Below, piece by piece: positions 1-10,330 of a DNA stretch of 64,000 nucleotides. The first letter of the stretch is position 1. Each line of letters opens with the position of its first letter. The position numbers and the translations under genes are program-made. Below the pieces are notes generated by a model, which saw only the letters and a list, made by a program, of their open reading frames with translations, ran no database searches and was not told the origin of the DNA. Origin of the DNA: Promethearchaeia archaeon (lineage in GTDB: Archaea; Asgardarchaeota; Lokiarchaeia; Sigyniarchaeales; SOKP01); assembly GCA_029856045.1 (NCBI GenBank), contig JAHQWG010000050.1:1-64000 (forward strand), in the 5' to 3' direction.

Positions 1-3
1 GGT

Positions 4-987
4 ATGAATATTATTGGTGACCCCTTTCTTTCTATTTATTACGATTGTACCGTGCTCCCACCAGTCATTTCCTCATCTACACACCCAAATTCAAGCACTT
101 GGTATCTAAATACTACTCCACATTTCAACTGGACTATTCCCGACGATGTCAACGGAATCACTGGCTATTATTATTCTATCGATCAAAATCCTACAACAGC
201 ACCCACAGCAGCGACAGGTACTTATACTACAATAAATGGCACTATAATATCAATGCCACTGTCCGAAGGAACATGGTATTTCCATGTAGTTGCAAAAGAT
301 GGTGCAGGTAACGTAGGAACAACAGCTGGCCACTACATGGTGAACATCGACCCCACAGGACCAACTACTACCATTATATCCCCCATCGCTCAGGATAATT
401 GTTCCTCCAGCTCCATTGCGATAACTTGGAGCGCCACAGATGGAGGTAGTGGTTATGTCCTTTCTGATGTATGGATAGACACTGCTAGTAATATAATCTA
501 TACGGGCACCGCTCTAACTACAATAGCTACTAACCTTTCTGAAGGTTCTCATATTATCAATGTCACTACATATGATGCAAAAGGTAATATTGGTAGTAAT
601 CAAATCATAATCCTAGTTGACCTTACAGACCCAATAGTAAATATCACTGCACCCATCAACAGCATTATTTATACAGAACATATAAACCTCATTTGGACTG
701 CCAGTGATGAGCAATCAGGTTATCACTATGCTGAGATTAGAGTAAATGATACATTAATCGAAACATTATTTGGTCCAATTATGAATACTACTTTATTTGA
801 ATTTGGTATAAATATGTATTCTATTAATGTTACCGCCTATGATTGGTCTGGTCGTTCATCATCTGATCAAATATTAATTCTCCGTTTGTTTTCTCAACAG
901 ATTCCCGGTTACCTCTTAGAAGGTCTTTTCATTGGAATAATCGCTGCGATCTTTTCTAGATTATGGTATTATCGCCGACGTCAGTAA
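4..987 (+). CDS. Extracellular Ig/FN3-like repeat protein with C-terminal IPGY-TM-basic (Loki-CTERM-like) anchor; probably 5'-truncated by the window edge
   Basis: Repeated beta-sandwich motifs (W..D..SG, L.EG.H...V.A.D.AGN); ends IPGYLLEGLFIGIIAAIFSRLWYYRRRQ. Confidence 0.7.
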   Translation: MNIIGDPFLSIYYDCTVLPPVISSSTHPNSSTWYLNTTPHFNWTIPDDVNGITGYYYSIDQNPTTAPTAATGTYTTINGTIISMPLSEGTWYFHVVAKDGAGNVGTTAGHYMVNIDPTGPTTTIISPIAQDNCSSSSIAITWSATDGGSGYVLSDVWIDTASNIIYTGTALTTIATNLSEGSHIINVTTYDAKGNIGSNQIIILVDLTDPIVNITAPINSIIYTEHINLIWTASDEQSGYHYAEIRVNDTLIETLFGPIMNTTLFEFGINMYSINVTAYDWSGRSSSDQILILRLFSQQIPGYLLEGLFIGIIAAIFSRLWYYRRRQ

Positions 988-1277
988 AATATAAATATGG
1001 TTAAGGCACAAGAATTTAGAATTTTAAACTTGAAATGATGAGCAAGAATAATTATCAATTGAAAGGAAAACTTTGAAATTTTTATCAATTCGATTTAGGA
1101 TATTGCCAAATCACTAACAATTAAGAAAAAAAAAATTTCCAAGTTATATATATTCCAGTATTTAATATGTAATTAAAACTAAATAAATTGATTTCATAAG
1201 GTAAAATCTAATTACAAAATTTCAAAACTATTTGTAATGAACATAATCGCAAAATAGATTAATAAGGGAAATAAATA

Positions 1278-2144
1278 ATGTCAATTGATCACACTAATGC
1301 AAACTCTAAAAAAGAGTTCCAGCTTTTTTTATGGTTTTTTATGGGATATGCAATGTGTTATTTGATTACATTACTCGGAGATTTTTTTTCAATTACAATT
1401 AGTTATTGGATTTCAGAACTTGATCAGGAAGTATCTTTTGTCATTCCAGCGCAAGATTTAATAGAAATATTCTTAATGGGCCCTGTTTTTTCTGTTATCA
1501 CATGGAAGGTTTTTAAGAGCATTTTCCTTAATGAAAAAAGCTTATTAAAAGAAAAATTATCAATGAAATGGATAACTGCCTTAGAAGTTATATTCTTTGT
1601 TACGATTAGCACGATGTGCTTAGGAAATGCTATTCATAAAGTCGTCAATGATTTAAATAGACGAGCTTTTGATATTACAAAAATTCTTTCAGACCCTTTT
1701 TACGCTGATCTCTATTATGCAATTTATTTTTGGGATGAAATTTTTGGGCATATGGCTTTAGCCGTCCCACTAATGATATTAATGAGTATGTTTATGGGGG
1801 GATTATTATTCAGCCCACCTTCGAGAGATTTGAAATGGTTTGAATGGTTATTTATCACAATTGTGGGAATTGGATATGGAATCGTATGGTTTTATGGATT
1901 CGCTGAAGGTCAAGCAACTTTTGTCCTATTATTAATTAACGTTGGTCTAGTCTTATTTATTGTTGCTACAAAATTAAAAAAAAAAAAATGTATTCGCGAT
2001 CATCCATTTGTTTGGGTGGTAATAATTGAAGCACTTATTTTCATTATTTGTTCAATAATCTGGGGTTTAATAACAGGTCTTAAACCTTATTATCCCTTCT
2101 TTAAACAACCGGGAGAAGAACTCTGGATTAAATTGAAATTCTAA
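1278..2144 (+). CDS. Polytopic membrane protein of unknown function
   Basis: 288-aa ORF with about 7 hydrophobic segments; H..., DE..GH residues could bind metal. Confidence 0.7.
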   Translation: MSIDHTNANSKKEFQLFLWFFMGYAMCYLITLLGDFFSITISYWISELDQEVSFVIPAQDLIEIFLMGPVFSVITWKVFKSIFLNEKSLLKEKLSMKWITALEVIFFVTISTMCLGNAIHKVVNDLNRRAFDITKILSDPFYADLYYAIYFWDEIFGHMALAVPLMILMSMFMGGLLFSPPSRDLKWFEWLFITIVGIGYGIVWFYGFAEGQATFVLLLINVGLVLFIVATKLKKKKCIRDHPFVWVVIIEALIFIICSIIWGLITGLKPYYPFFKQPGEELWIKLKF

Positions 2145-2274
2145 ATGGTCGAATTTGGATTTAAGACCTTTAAACGAGAACTATGGACAATTAATAAATT
2201 GCTAAAAAAGATACTATTTATATATTTCCTAATTCTATCTATAAAGCAATAAAATTTTATTAAATTGATTTCAT

Positions 2275-5028
2275 ATGGTAAAATCTAATAAAAAAATTTC
2301 AAAGTTAATAGTAATATGCATAATTGCGCTATTCATAAGTGGCATGAGCTTCATTCTTTTAATTATTCCTTCAGGCGGTCAAGTAGGAGATAAAAAAAAT
2401 CTCTTGGTAATCAGCAAAGGAAATGATACCCACTTTTTACAAAGTTTACAAATTGATCAGGACAACTTTGATATTTCAGTCGTTTCAGATTCAACCCCAA
2501 TTACATCGATCGAAACCTCGGTTGATATAGTTATTATTTTTGATGCATCTTTAGACATCTCAGAGATTTCACTAATAGGAGATTTTGTGGATAATGGCGG
2601 ATCATGCATAATCTTTATGGGGCAAAATTTACATAATGATGCTACACTCTTAGAAGATCTACAAATAATTACCGATATACAGTTTGAAAAGAATACCGAG
2701 TCAATGCTATTCGTCGTAGGAGATATTTCACATCCAATCAACCAAAATATTGATTGGAATTCCGCTCCTGATATGAATGTAGACAATATGACGATTATTC
2801 CAACTCAAGATTTTAACAATTCCATTGATAGACTAATTGATGTTTTTCCGGCTTCAAAAAATTTAGAAATCGAACAATCTCGCCTACCTATTCTGGTGGA
2901 AATGGCAAAAGGAAATGGTAATATATTATTATTTACCGGTTGGCTAGAGGAAGGAGCTAATATAGGCTTTCTACTTTGGCCTTATTTAAATTATTTATTA
3001 TATTCATTAGCATTAGAAAGTTTAAATGAGTCCTTTTTATCTTATCCTGATTGGCCTTATTCTCCAGTCCCTCACTTAACAGAACAGATTATATTATTAA
3101 TCGTAATTATTATATTAGCAATCTTAGCTGCTTCATTGTTTTTAATTGTTAAGAAAAAATCTGGAGCACGTATCGATCAAGCAACAATAGAAGTTATGAA
3201 ACGTCAAGCAGAAGAAGAGGAAAGAAAAGAGAAGGAAGAAGAAGCAGAACTTAAGAAGAAAATTGAGGCGGAAATTGATTTAAAAGATGATTGGGAAGTA
3301 ATTGGAATTCATAGACAATTGGGTGGATTTCTCTTTACACTCTTTATAGGATTGATTTTAGTGATTCCACAATTATTGATATCTAATTTCGTAATGCCAC
3401 AAATAATCCAACCTTATCCTCAAGCAGCAGGTTGGTATTACTATGCATATAATATATTTCAAGTCGCTTGGCTTCTCTTCGATTTTGGTACTTCATATGC
3501 TTTAGCAAAATATTTTGCTCAATATCGAGTAAAAAATCCCGAAAAAGCAATTCATTACATACAAATATTCGTCTATTGGCAATTATTTACTGGATTAATA
3601 CAGATTTCTATATTTGCTTTCATCGGTTCTATAATATTTCCGCAAACAAACATTGCACACATGAGTTGGGTGTTCATAACATTTTCTTTAGTTCAATACC
3701 CAGGTTTCTTTTTAGTATTTATGTATTCATTTCAAGGAATGCAAAAAGCAGATTTACATCTTATAACATACGTTGCTTGGGAAATTATCTGGCAACTTAT
3801 TGGCCAGATGATATTTTGCTACCTAGGGCGTTTGTGGGGTGCCGCGAATCCTATGTTTGGTGAAGCATTAGGAGCAGGTATAGGATATTCTATTGCAAGA
3901 TATTTCGATTACTGGGCTACATTTTTCTTATCTATGATATTGTTTAAAAGATTAGGATATTCCCCTAAAACTGTGTTTAGAATTGATTTCACAAAAGAAG
4001 AATTTAAAGAATCAATGAAATATGGTTCAAAATTAGCATTCGGAGAATCATTTGTCCAATTAGGCTGGTTTATCCAAATAGTAGTAACAAGTTTATTTAT
4101 TGCAAATTACTCGAACGAACTTGGATATTTTAATTTATGTTGGAATATTGGTTTGATTGTACAAATTATTTCCTTATATGGTCAATCGTTACTTGGAGCA
4201 TATAGCGAATCCTATGCGCATGATAAACCAACTTTGACAAAACTTTATATATATCAAGGCTTTAGGTGGGGCAATTATTTCGGTTATTTTATTATCTCGG
4301 TACTTTTAGCGACGGGTGCAAAATTTTTAGTTGGCGCTGCAGGAGTTGAATATGGAACACCAGCAGTAAAATTTTTAGTTCCTTTAATGATATTCCATGC
4401 ATTCGGTATTTATTCTTGGTTAGGTGATTGTGTTTTTCAAGGTACCGGAAAAACTGGTTTATTGGCTGTAACTTGGATAATAGAGCAGACTTCGAGGGCA
4501 CTATTGATTATAATTCTCGTTATTTGGCTGAAAGACATGACCGCAGTACTATTTGCGTATATTCCCGCAGTATTAACGAAAGATATACTATTATGGTTAA
4601 TTATCCGCTTTAAAATTACGAAATATAAAATATATCCATTTAAAACATTCATAACTCCCGCTATAGCAGCAATAATAAATTATATAGTCCTATTTTTTAT
4701 AGGTGAACTTCTCTGGACAATCGATTTAGGAGATAAAATCATAAATACAGCTATAATATTCTTAATTGGAATTTTTCTATTCATGTATTTCTACGCATTT
4801 ATAGAGGGAATTCTTGGAGGATATGATGATAACACTCTTCAAGAGTTTGAGAGAGCTGCAAATCTTGTTGAAGGACCGATTGGAGCACTCCCAAAAGCCT
4901 TATATAAAATGGCAAAACTTGGTAGCAAAATAAGTCCACTACATAACAAATTTAAAATAGATATCTATGAACAAGCCATGAAAGAAGCTTATGAATTAAC
5001 CCTAGAAAAAAAAGTTTTAAAAATTTAA
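2275..5028 (+). CDS. MOP-superfamily (Wzx/MurJ/MATE-like) flippase fused to an N-terminal extracytoplasmic domain
   Basis: N-terminal TM, about 230-aa soluble domain, TM, charged coiled coil, then 12-14 TM region (FDFGTSYALAKYFAQY, ELGYF). Confidence 0.65.
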   Translation: MVKSNKKISKLIVICIIALFISGMSFILLIIPSGGQVGDKKNLLVISKGNDTHFLQSLQIDQDNFDISVVSDSTPITSIETSVDIVIIFDASLDISEISLIGDFVDNGGSCIIFMGQNLHNDATLLEDLQIITDIQFEKNTESMLFVVGDISHPINQNIDWNSAPDMNVDNMTIIPTQDFNNSIDRLIDVFPASKNLEIEQSRLPILVEMAKGNGNILLFTGWLEEGANIGFLLWPYLNYLLYSLALESLNESFLSYPDWPYSPVPHLTEQIILLIVIIILAILAASLFLIVKKKSGARIDQATIEVMKRQAEEEERKEKEEEAELKKKIEAEIDLKDDWEVIGIHRQLGGFLFTLFIGLILVIPQLLISNFVMPQIIQPYPQAAGWYYYAYNIFQVAWLLFDFGTSYALAKYFAQYRVKNPEKAIHYIQIFVYWQLFTGLIQISIFAFIGSIIFPQTNIAHMSWVFITFSLVQYPGFFLVFMYSFQGMQKADLHLITYVAWEIIWQLIGQMIFCYLGRLWGAANPMFGEALGAGIGYSIARYFDYWATFFLSMILFKRLGYSPKTVFRIDFTKEEFKESMKYGSKLAFGESFVQLGWFIQIVVTSLFIANYSNELGYFNLCWNIGLIVQIISLYGQSLLGAYSESYAHDKPTLTKLYIYQGFRWGNYFGYFIISVLLATGAKFLVGAAGVEYGTPAVKFLVPLMIFHAFGIYSWLGDCVFQGTGKTGLLAVTWIIEQTSRALLIIILVIWLKDMTAVLFAYIPAVLTKDILLWLIIRFKITKYKIYPFKTFITPAIAAIINYIVLFFIGELLWTIDLGDKIINTAIIFLIGIFLFMYFYAFIEGILGGYDDNTLQEFERAANLVEGPIGALPKALYKMAKLGSKISPLHNKFKIDIYEQAMKEAYELTLEKKVLKI

Positions 5029-5187
5029 ACTTATTTTTTTTTTTCTCATTTTACAATCAACCTATACAGAAAAAGTAGTTTATTGGGTAAATTGAAATTA
5101 TTTTCTAATAAATAAGATAAATTAATTATTTTTCTCCAACTTATTAATATATTGAACACTTCAATCATTGATAATAAGTGAGGGTTT

Positions 5188-6000
5188 ATCGTAAGAATAA
5201 CTCTTTCCGTTTTGGAGATCGGTGGACAGGAAAGATTCAAGTTTTTTAAGAGTGATTTTTTTAAAGGTGCTTCAGTAATCGCTCTAATATTTGATTTAGC
5301 CCGCCCGGATACTTTCGATAGACTTGAAAAATATTATAATGAGATACGGGGAAAAGCTGGAAATATCCCAATTATACTCGTGGGAAATAAAAAAGATTTG
5401 GAAAAAGATCTTGGCATCTTAATAAGAAAGAAAAAGATCCTTGATGTTGTTCATAGGTATAGCTTACTGGAATATATAGAAACTTCAGCGTTATCAGGTT
5501 TAAATATTAAAAAGCTATTTGATAAGATGGCTTTATTAGCCTTAATAGATATACGCTCTCCCCCTAAATTGGGCCAAATTATTGATAAAGAAAATTTTAA
5601 ATTTAAAGTCGTTCTTGCAGGACCGGCAGCTGTTGGTAAAACTACCATTCTAAGAACTTTAGTTGATAAAGAATTTACCGAACAATATAAATTAACTGTA
5701 GGATTAGATACTACAACCCAAACATATGAAATACCTGATGAGGAAATTTCTCAAGAAGCGAAAGAATCAATCGAAAAAGCATGGAATTCATTAGATAAGA
5801 TAATTAAAAAACAGACAACCACTCAAATGATAGAGGCCACACAGACAGAAACAGTAATGGCCCAACATAATGACATTAATAACCCAAGTGAATCATCTCA
5901 AAACTGGCGCCTTAAACGAAAATATAACTTTTTGGGGCTTATTATCATATTAATTTGCATAATACTGACGATAATTATAATTTTTAATTCATTCACCTAA
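5188..6000 (+). CDS. Circularly permuted Rab/Ras-like small GTPase with C-terminal TM anchor
   Basis: Motif order EIGGQERF (G3), NKKD (G4), ETSAL (G5), GPAAVGKT (G1), LTVG (G2); hydrophobic C-tail. ORF track starts at TTG 5212, but the frame is open to 5182; likely start is ATC 5188 after GTGAGG. Confidence 0.8.
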   Translation: MVRITLSVLEIGGQERFKFFKSDFFKGASVIALIFDLARPDTFDRLEKYYNEIRGKAGNIPIILVGNKKDLEKDLGILIRKKKILDVVHRYSLLEYIETSALSGLNIKKLFDKMALLALIDIRSPPKLGQIIDKENFKFKVVLAGPAAVGKTTILRTLVDKEFTEQYKLTVGLDTTTQTYEIPDEEISQEAKESIEKAWNSLDKIIKKQTTTQMIEATQTETVMAQHNDINNPSESSQNWRLKRKYNFLGLIIILICIILTIIIIFNSFT

Positions 6001-6057
6001 AAGAATAAGGAAAAAAAAGAAAATATAATTTTTATTTAGATGAGATTGACCAAAATC

Positions 6058-7341
6058 TTATAACATCTTCCATAATTGACGATTTGCCATGGAAATGATG
6101 TATTGCTGTATTTGTCTCGTTCCTCCGACAATTTCTTGTATTCTTGAGATTCCTACGAGATCCCACATTAATGTATTATCACAGACACCAGCACCTCCCA
6201 TAAGATTCGCCATTTCATAACAACAACGTTCGGATAATCGAGATGCTTCCAATTTAAAATGGCTGGAGGAAGCAATCATTGCTTGGGAGATATTTCTTGG
6301 AATCTCACCCCCAAATTTTTCCATTTTTTTATCATATTCTTCGCAGAATTTTAATAATCCTATAGTTAAATTTGTTGTTCTTGCCCAATAATCGGCAAAG
6401 GTGAAACCAACTCCTTGGAATTTTAAGATTTCTTGGCTAAATTGCTTTCGCATGTTGATATAAATAAATGCGTGTGAAAGGGCGGTCCATGCTTGAGCAA
6501 CATTTCCTACTGCGATCCCAATTCTTTCTAGTATTAATCCTTCAAATAGGTGACCCCTACCTTTTCCAATGCCCCCTAAAACATATTCTGGGGGAACTCT
6601 TATATTAGTTAGGTGATTGTGGCCGATCCAAATTTTTGGAGTCCATGGAATAAATACTCTTTCACTCTTCCATCCGTCCCAACTTGTATTAATTAAGTAT
6701 TGGGTCATTTGATTACCTTCATTTGCTACTGCAGTACCGTATCCAACAACCCATTTAGCTTTGGGGGAGTTAGTGTTGAAAATTTTTTCACCGTTAACAA
6801 TTAAGCTGCCATCTTCTTGGGGTTCGGTAACAGTCAATTGATGTACAGCATCCGAACCTCTTTCGGGTTCTGTTATTAAAATTGCCCCACATTCTTTACC
6901 AGTTATTAGATCTCTTAGAGCATCCAACCGTTCTGGGATTCCTTCATGATGAGCTTTAATGGCATTTATTGCTAATATTGTAGCGCCCATAGCCATACAA
7001 AACTGGGTATCAAACTGATCAACTGAAAAAATTCTCATCATTTCAGCAACAGCACCATGTTCTTCATAATTAATATCGAGTTCATCCATTTTATAGGAAC
7101 GTGATACATATCCTTCTGCACCAAAATCGGGAATCCATTGATATAAATCTTCATCCATACTATGTTGGATGTTATTTTTTTTCTCATATCTCATGCAGAA
7201 TCTTTGTACCTTTCTTAAGAAATTAAATTGTTCGGGGCTTAAGATTGCCATTAAATTATTATTAAAAAAGGTGTACCGATTTTTTAGGTTCATTTTTTCC
7301 ATTATTTCATCATTTATTGCTTGGTCTTGATACATTGGCAT
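6058..7341 (-). CDS. Acyl-CoA dehydrogenase family protein (paralog 2)
   Basis: ITEPERGSD, NGEK.F.TN, R.QF, LMGGAG, IVGGT..IQ motifs. Confidence 0.9.
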   Translation of the reverse strand: MPMYQDQAINDEIMEKMNLKNRYTFFNNNLMAILSPEQFNFLRKVQRFCMRYEKKNNIQHSMDEDLYQWIPDFGAEGYVSRSYKMDELDINYEEHGAVAEMMRIFSVDQFDTQFCMAMGATILAINAIKAHHEGIPERLDALRDLITGKECGAILITEPERGSDAVHQLTVTEPQEDGSLIVNGEKIFNTNSPKAKWVVGYGTAVANEGNQMTQYLINTSWDGWKSERVFIPWTPKIWIGHNHLTNIRVPPEYVLGGIGKGRGHLFEGLILERIGIAVGNVAQAWTALSHAFIYINMRKQFSQEILKFQGVGFTFADYWARTTNLTIGLLKFCEEYDKKMEKFGGEIPRNISQAMIASSSHFKLEASRLSERCCYEMANLMGGAGVCDNTLMWDLVGISRIQEIVGGTRQIQQYIISMANRQLWKML

Positions 7342-7612
7342 ATTCTTATATCACTCTTTTAATTTAGTTTTTAAATTATGTATTGGTAGAAATAAATTTT
7401 GAAAATTTTAAAGTTATTTTGTGTAATAGTAATTAATATATAATTTTTTTCTCTAATACATTGAATGATTACTTTATTCTCTGAGAATTATTTTCAATTT
7501 TAGAAATAAAAGTATTTCAAAAGGCAAATAACATCAAATTTATCTTTTAAAATTTATGGTTTTTCTAAATTTTTTTTAATTAAAACCATTTATTGTTAAA
7601 AAAAGAATTTAA

Positions 7613-7641
7613 TCGTCAGTTAATTGATTAATAACTGACGA
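7613..7641 (-). terminator. Stem-loop in the 3' UTR of the upstream acyl-CoA dehydrogenase, followed by a U-tract
   Basis: Perfect 10-bp inverted repeat TCGTCAGTTA/TAACTGACGA 12 nt after the stop; T7 tract follows on the minus strand. Confidence 0.55.
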
Positions 7642-7653
7642 GATAAGTAATTT

Positions 7654-8949
7654 TTATATCATCTTCCATAATTGACGTGTTGCCATGGAAATGATGTATT
7701 GTTGTATCTGGCGTGTCCCTCCGACAATCTCCTGTATTCTTGAAAGTCCCAAAAGATCCTGCATCATTGTATTATCATTGACTCCTGCACCTCCCATAAG
7801 ATTCGCCATTTCATAACAACAGCGTTCGGATAGCCTTGATGCTTCCAATTTAAGGTGACTGGCAGAAGCAACAATAGCTTGTGAAATATTTCTTGGTATT
7901 TCGCCGCTAAATTTCTCCATTTTTGCATCATATTCTTCACAAAATTTCAATAGTCCGAGGGTCAAGTTCGAGCACCTTGCCCAATAATCAGCAAAAGTAA
8001 AACCAACTCCTTGAAACTTTAAGACTTCTTGTTTAAATTGCTTTCTCATGTTAATGAAGAGAAATGCAAGTGAGAGTGCGCCCCATGCTTGGCCGATATT
8101 ACCCATTGCAATCATTATCCTTTCAGGAGTTAATCCATCAAAAAGATGATCTCTACCCGTACCTATTCCTCCTAAGACATATTCTGGAGGAACTCTTAAA
8201 TTTTCTAAGTGCTCATGGCCAATCCATATTTTAGGAACCCAAGGAATAAAAACTCTTTTGACATTAAATCCTTCCCAATTTGTGTTGATTAAGAACTGTG
8301 CCATTGTCCTTCCATTATCTTTTTCTGCGCATGCGTAGCCAACGACCCACTTTGATTTTGGAGCGTTACTATTGTAGACTTTTTCACCATTAAGAGTAAA
8401 ACTGCCATCTTCATTCTGCTTGCATTCAGTTAACATATGCACAGCATCAGAGCCTCTTTCGGGTTCTGTTATCAATATAGCGCCCGGAGATTCACCTGTG
8501 ACTAGTTCTTTGAGCGCTTTCAAACATTCTGGTCTTCCATTATGATGGGCTTTGATTGGATTTATTGCTAATATTGTAGCTCCTAAAGCCATATCGAATT
8601 GAGTATCAAACATATCGATGGCTATTGCTCTTAACATATCAACAGTTAATCCGTAATACTCATAATTAAGATCAATTTCTTCATATTTATAACCACGAGT
8701 TACTAATCCTGCTTTACCGAATTCAGGTATCCATTCATAAAAATCCTCATCTGGAGAATGTTGGATGTTATTTTTTTTTTCAAATCTCATGCAAAATTTT
8801 TGAACGGTTTTTAACCAATTAAATTGCTCTGGTTTTAAAATTGACATTAAATTGTTATTTAAAAAAGCATAACGATTTTTTAACGATAATTTTTCTAATA
8901 TTTCATCATTTATTGCCTTGTCTTGATATCTTACCATTTTTATTATCAC
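7654..8949 (-). CDS. Acyl-CoA dehydrogenase family protein (paralog 1)
   Basis: Same motifs as 6058-7341 and colinear over the whole length; true start probably MVRYQD. Confidence 0.9.
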   Translation of the reverse strand: MIIKMVRYQDKAINDEILEKLSLKNRYAFLNNNLMSILKPEQFNWLKTVQKFCMRFEKKNNIQHSPDEDFYEWIPEFGKAGLVTRGYKYEEIDLNYEYYGLTVDMLRAIAIDMFDTQFDMALGATILAINPIKAHHNGRPECLKALKELVTGESPGAILITEPERGSDAVHMLTECKQNEDGSFTLNGEKVYNSNAPKSKWVVGYACAEKDNGRTMAQFLINTNWEGFNVKRVFIPWVPKIWIGHEHLENLRVPPEYVLGGIGTGRDHLFDGLTPERIMIAMGNIGQAWGALSLAFLFINMRKQFKQEVLKFQGVGFTFADYWARCSNLTLGLLKFCEEYDAKMEKFSGEIPRNISQAIVASASHLKLEASRLSERCCYEMANLMGGAGVNDNTMMQDLLGLSRIQEIVGGTRQIQQYIISMATRQLWKMI

Positions 8950-9032
8950 TCTTTTATTATTGTATTATTTTTTCATTCTTAGATTTATCAATTTCAATAG
9001 TTTTAATTATTCTTTGTAATTGTGGTTATTAT

Positions 9033-10280
9033 TTAACTTTTTTTTTCTAACAAGTTGAGTAGTTGCTTTATTTTCTGTGGATTTTGTTCGGTTATTGCAG
9101 ATAAATAATGTAATGAGCAGATACCATCAAGATGTTTTTCTAATTGGTGTAAAAAACCCAAATCTTCTTCTTCAAATCCTTTCATTAATAGTAATGGAAT
9201 TTCTTCTTCGGTAACTGGCTCAATTTTCGGGCAATATTCCACCCAATCCACTAGATATTTATTTATTAGGAATCTCATATATAGAAGAGATGTATACTCC
9301 GTCAAATTTGACTCGGCTAAAATTTTTTGCAGTGAATTTGGTTCATCAAATCTAGTTAATAAACCAATTATCTTTTTATCCTTAAACTCTTCAGTTAACG
9401 ATTGTTCATCTTTTCTACTGGCTACGAGATACTCTTTCCCTCTACTAGTAATGAGAAAATCGTCTGATTTAAGAGGATTGAATCTTAGATAGATTTTATT
9501 TGCAATCCATAATTTGAATATTTGTTTTTTAAATACTGATAATTCTAAGGAATGTTTTTTTACAATACTTTCTACACTTTCTAATCCCGTTATATAAGAA
9601 ATAAGATTAATTTCTTCTTCACTTGTTGAAGATTCTATTAATTCACTAATTTCTTTATTTTTATTTTCATAAAATGCCAATTCTGAAGTAAGATCAGGAA
9701 CTAAGAAATTTAAAATAACCCGTTCAGCAAAATATTCAAGAACTATATTCAGAAAGAGATCAAAAATGTCATCCCTTTCAAGGCTTTCCGTAGATTTTGG
9801 TGAATAATTTGATTCTATTTCTGTAAGACATTGTTTTAGCCGTTTTTTAATATTATCGTCTATAAAATTAGAAATTAAAACAATAAAAAAGGAGGTTCCA
9901 AAGATATAGGTGAAAATAAGCTTTAAGCCTGGATATTCTAATTGATTTTGATATTGAAAATCAATTATATTTTTTTCGGCTTCTATTTCATTAATCTTTT
10001 CATCAGAGGTTTTATCTTGATTAAAATCAAATTTTAAAAATTTTTCAATTTTATTAATTGCTGCATCTGTTGTTTTATGTTCTTTTTTTTTATCTATAAT
10101 TTCTTTAGGAGTTTTTATTTCTATGAAATAAGGAGATATGTCAAATTCTTTTATGATTTTATGATAATTAATATTTTGAGGATACTTTAAAATGGTTAAA
10201 TCCCGCAATTCAAATAGCGGAGGTTCTTCATTATTGAAGGCGGTCTTTTTGAAGACACCAAGAAAATTTAATTCAACCAT
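9033..10280 (-). CDS. Hypothetical protein, possible longin-like N-terminus plus tandem winged-helix repeats
   Basis: Three repeats of a (D/T)G..S+..I...helix pattern in the C-terminal half. Confidence 0.55.
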   Translation of the reverse strand: MVELNFLGVFKKTAFNNEEPPLFELRDLTILKYPQNINYHKIIKEFDISPYFIEIKTPKEIIDKKKEHKTTDAAINKIEKFLKFDFNQDKTSDEKINEIEAEKNIIDFQYQNQLEYPGLKLIFTYIFGTSFFIVLISNFIDDNIKKRLKQCLTEIESNYSPKSTESLERDDIFDLFLNIVLEYFAERVILNFLVPDLTSELAFYENKNKEISELIESSTSEEEINLISYITGLESVESIVKKHSLELSVFKKQIFKLWIANKIYLRFNPLKSDDFLITSRGKEYLVASRKDEQSLTEEFKDKKIIGLLTRFDEPNSLQKILAESNLTEYTSLLYMRFLINKYLVDWVEYCPKIEPVTEEEIPLLLMKGFEEEDLGFLHQLEKHLDGICSLHYLSAITEQNPQKIKQLLNLLEKKS

Positions 10281-10330
10281 TTTAATTCACCTTATAGTTT
10301 TAAATTTATAAATTTTTAAAAAAAGTATTT

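Noticed and set aside
1035-1041. C/D box sRNA (ATGATGA box C)
   Set aside because: No CTGA box D at a suitable distance.
5179-5181. TGA as selenocysteine/readthrough extending the permuted GTPase
   Set aside because: The upstream frame has no GxxxxGKT, the TGA is part of the SD-like GTGAGG, and no SECIS-like element was seen.
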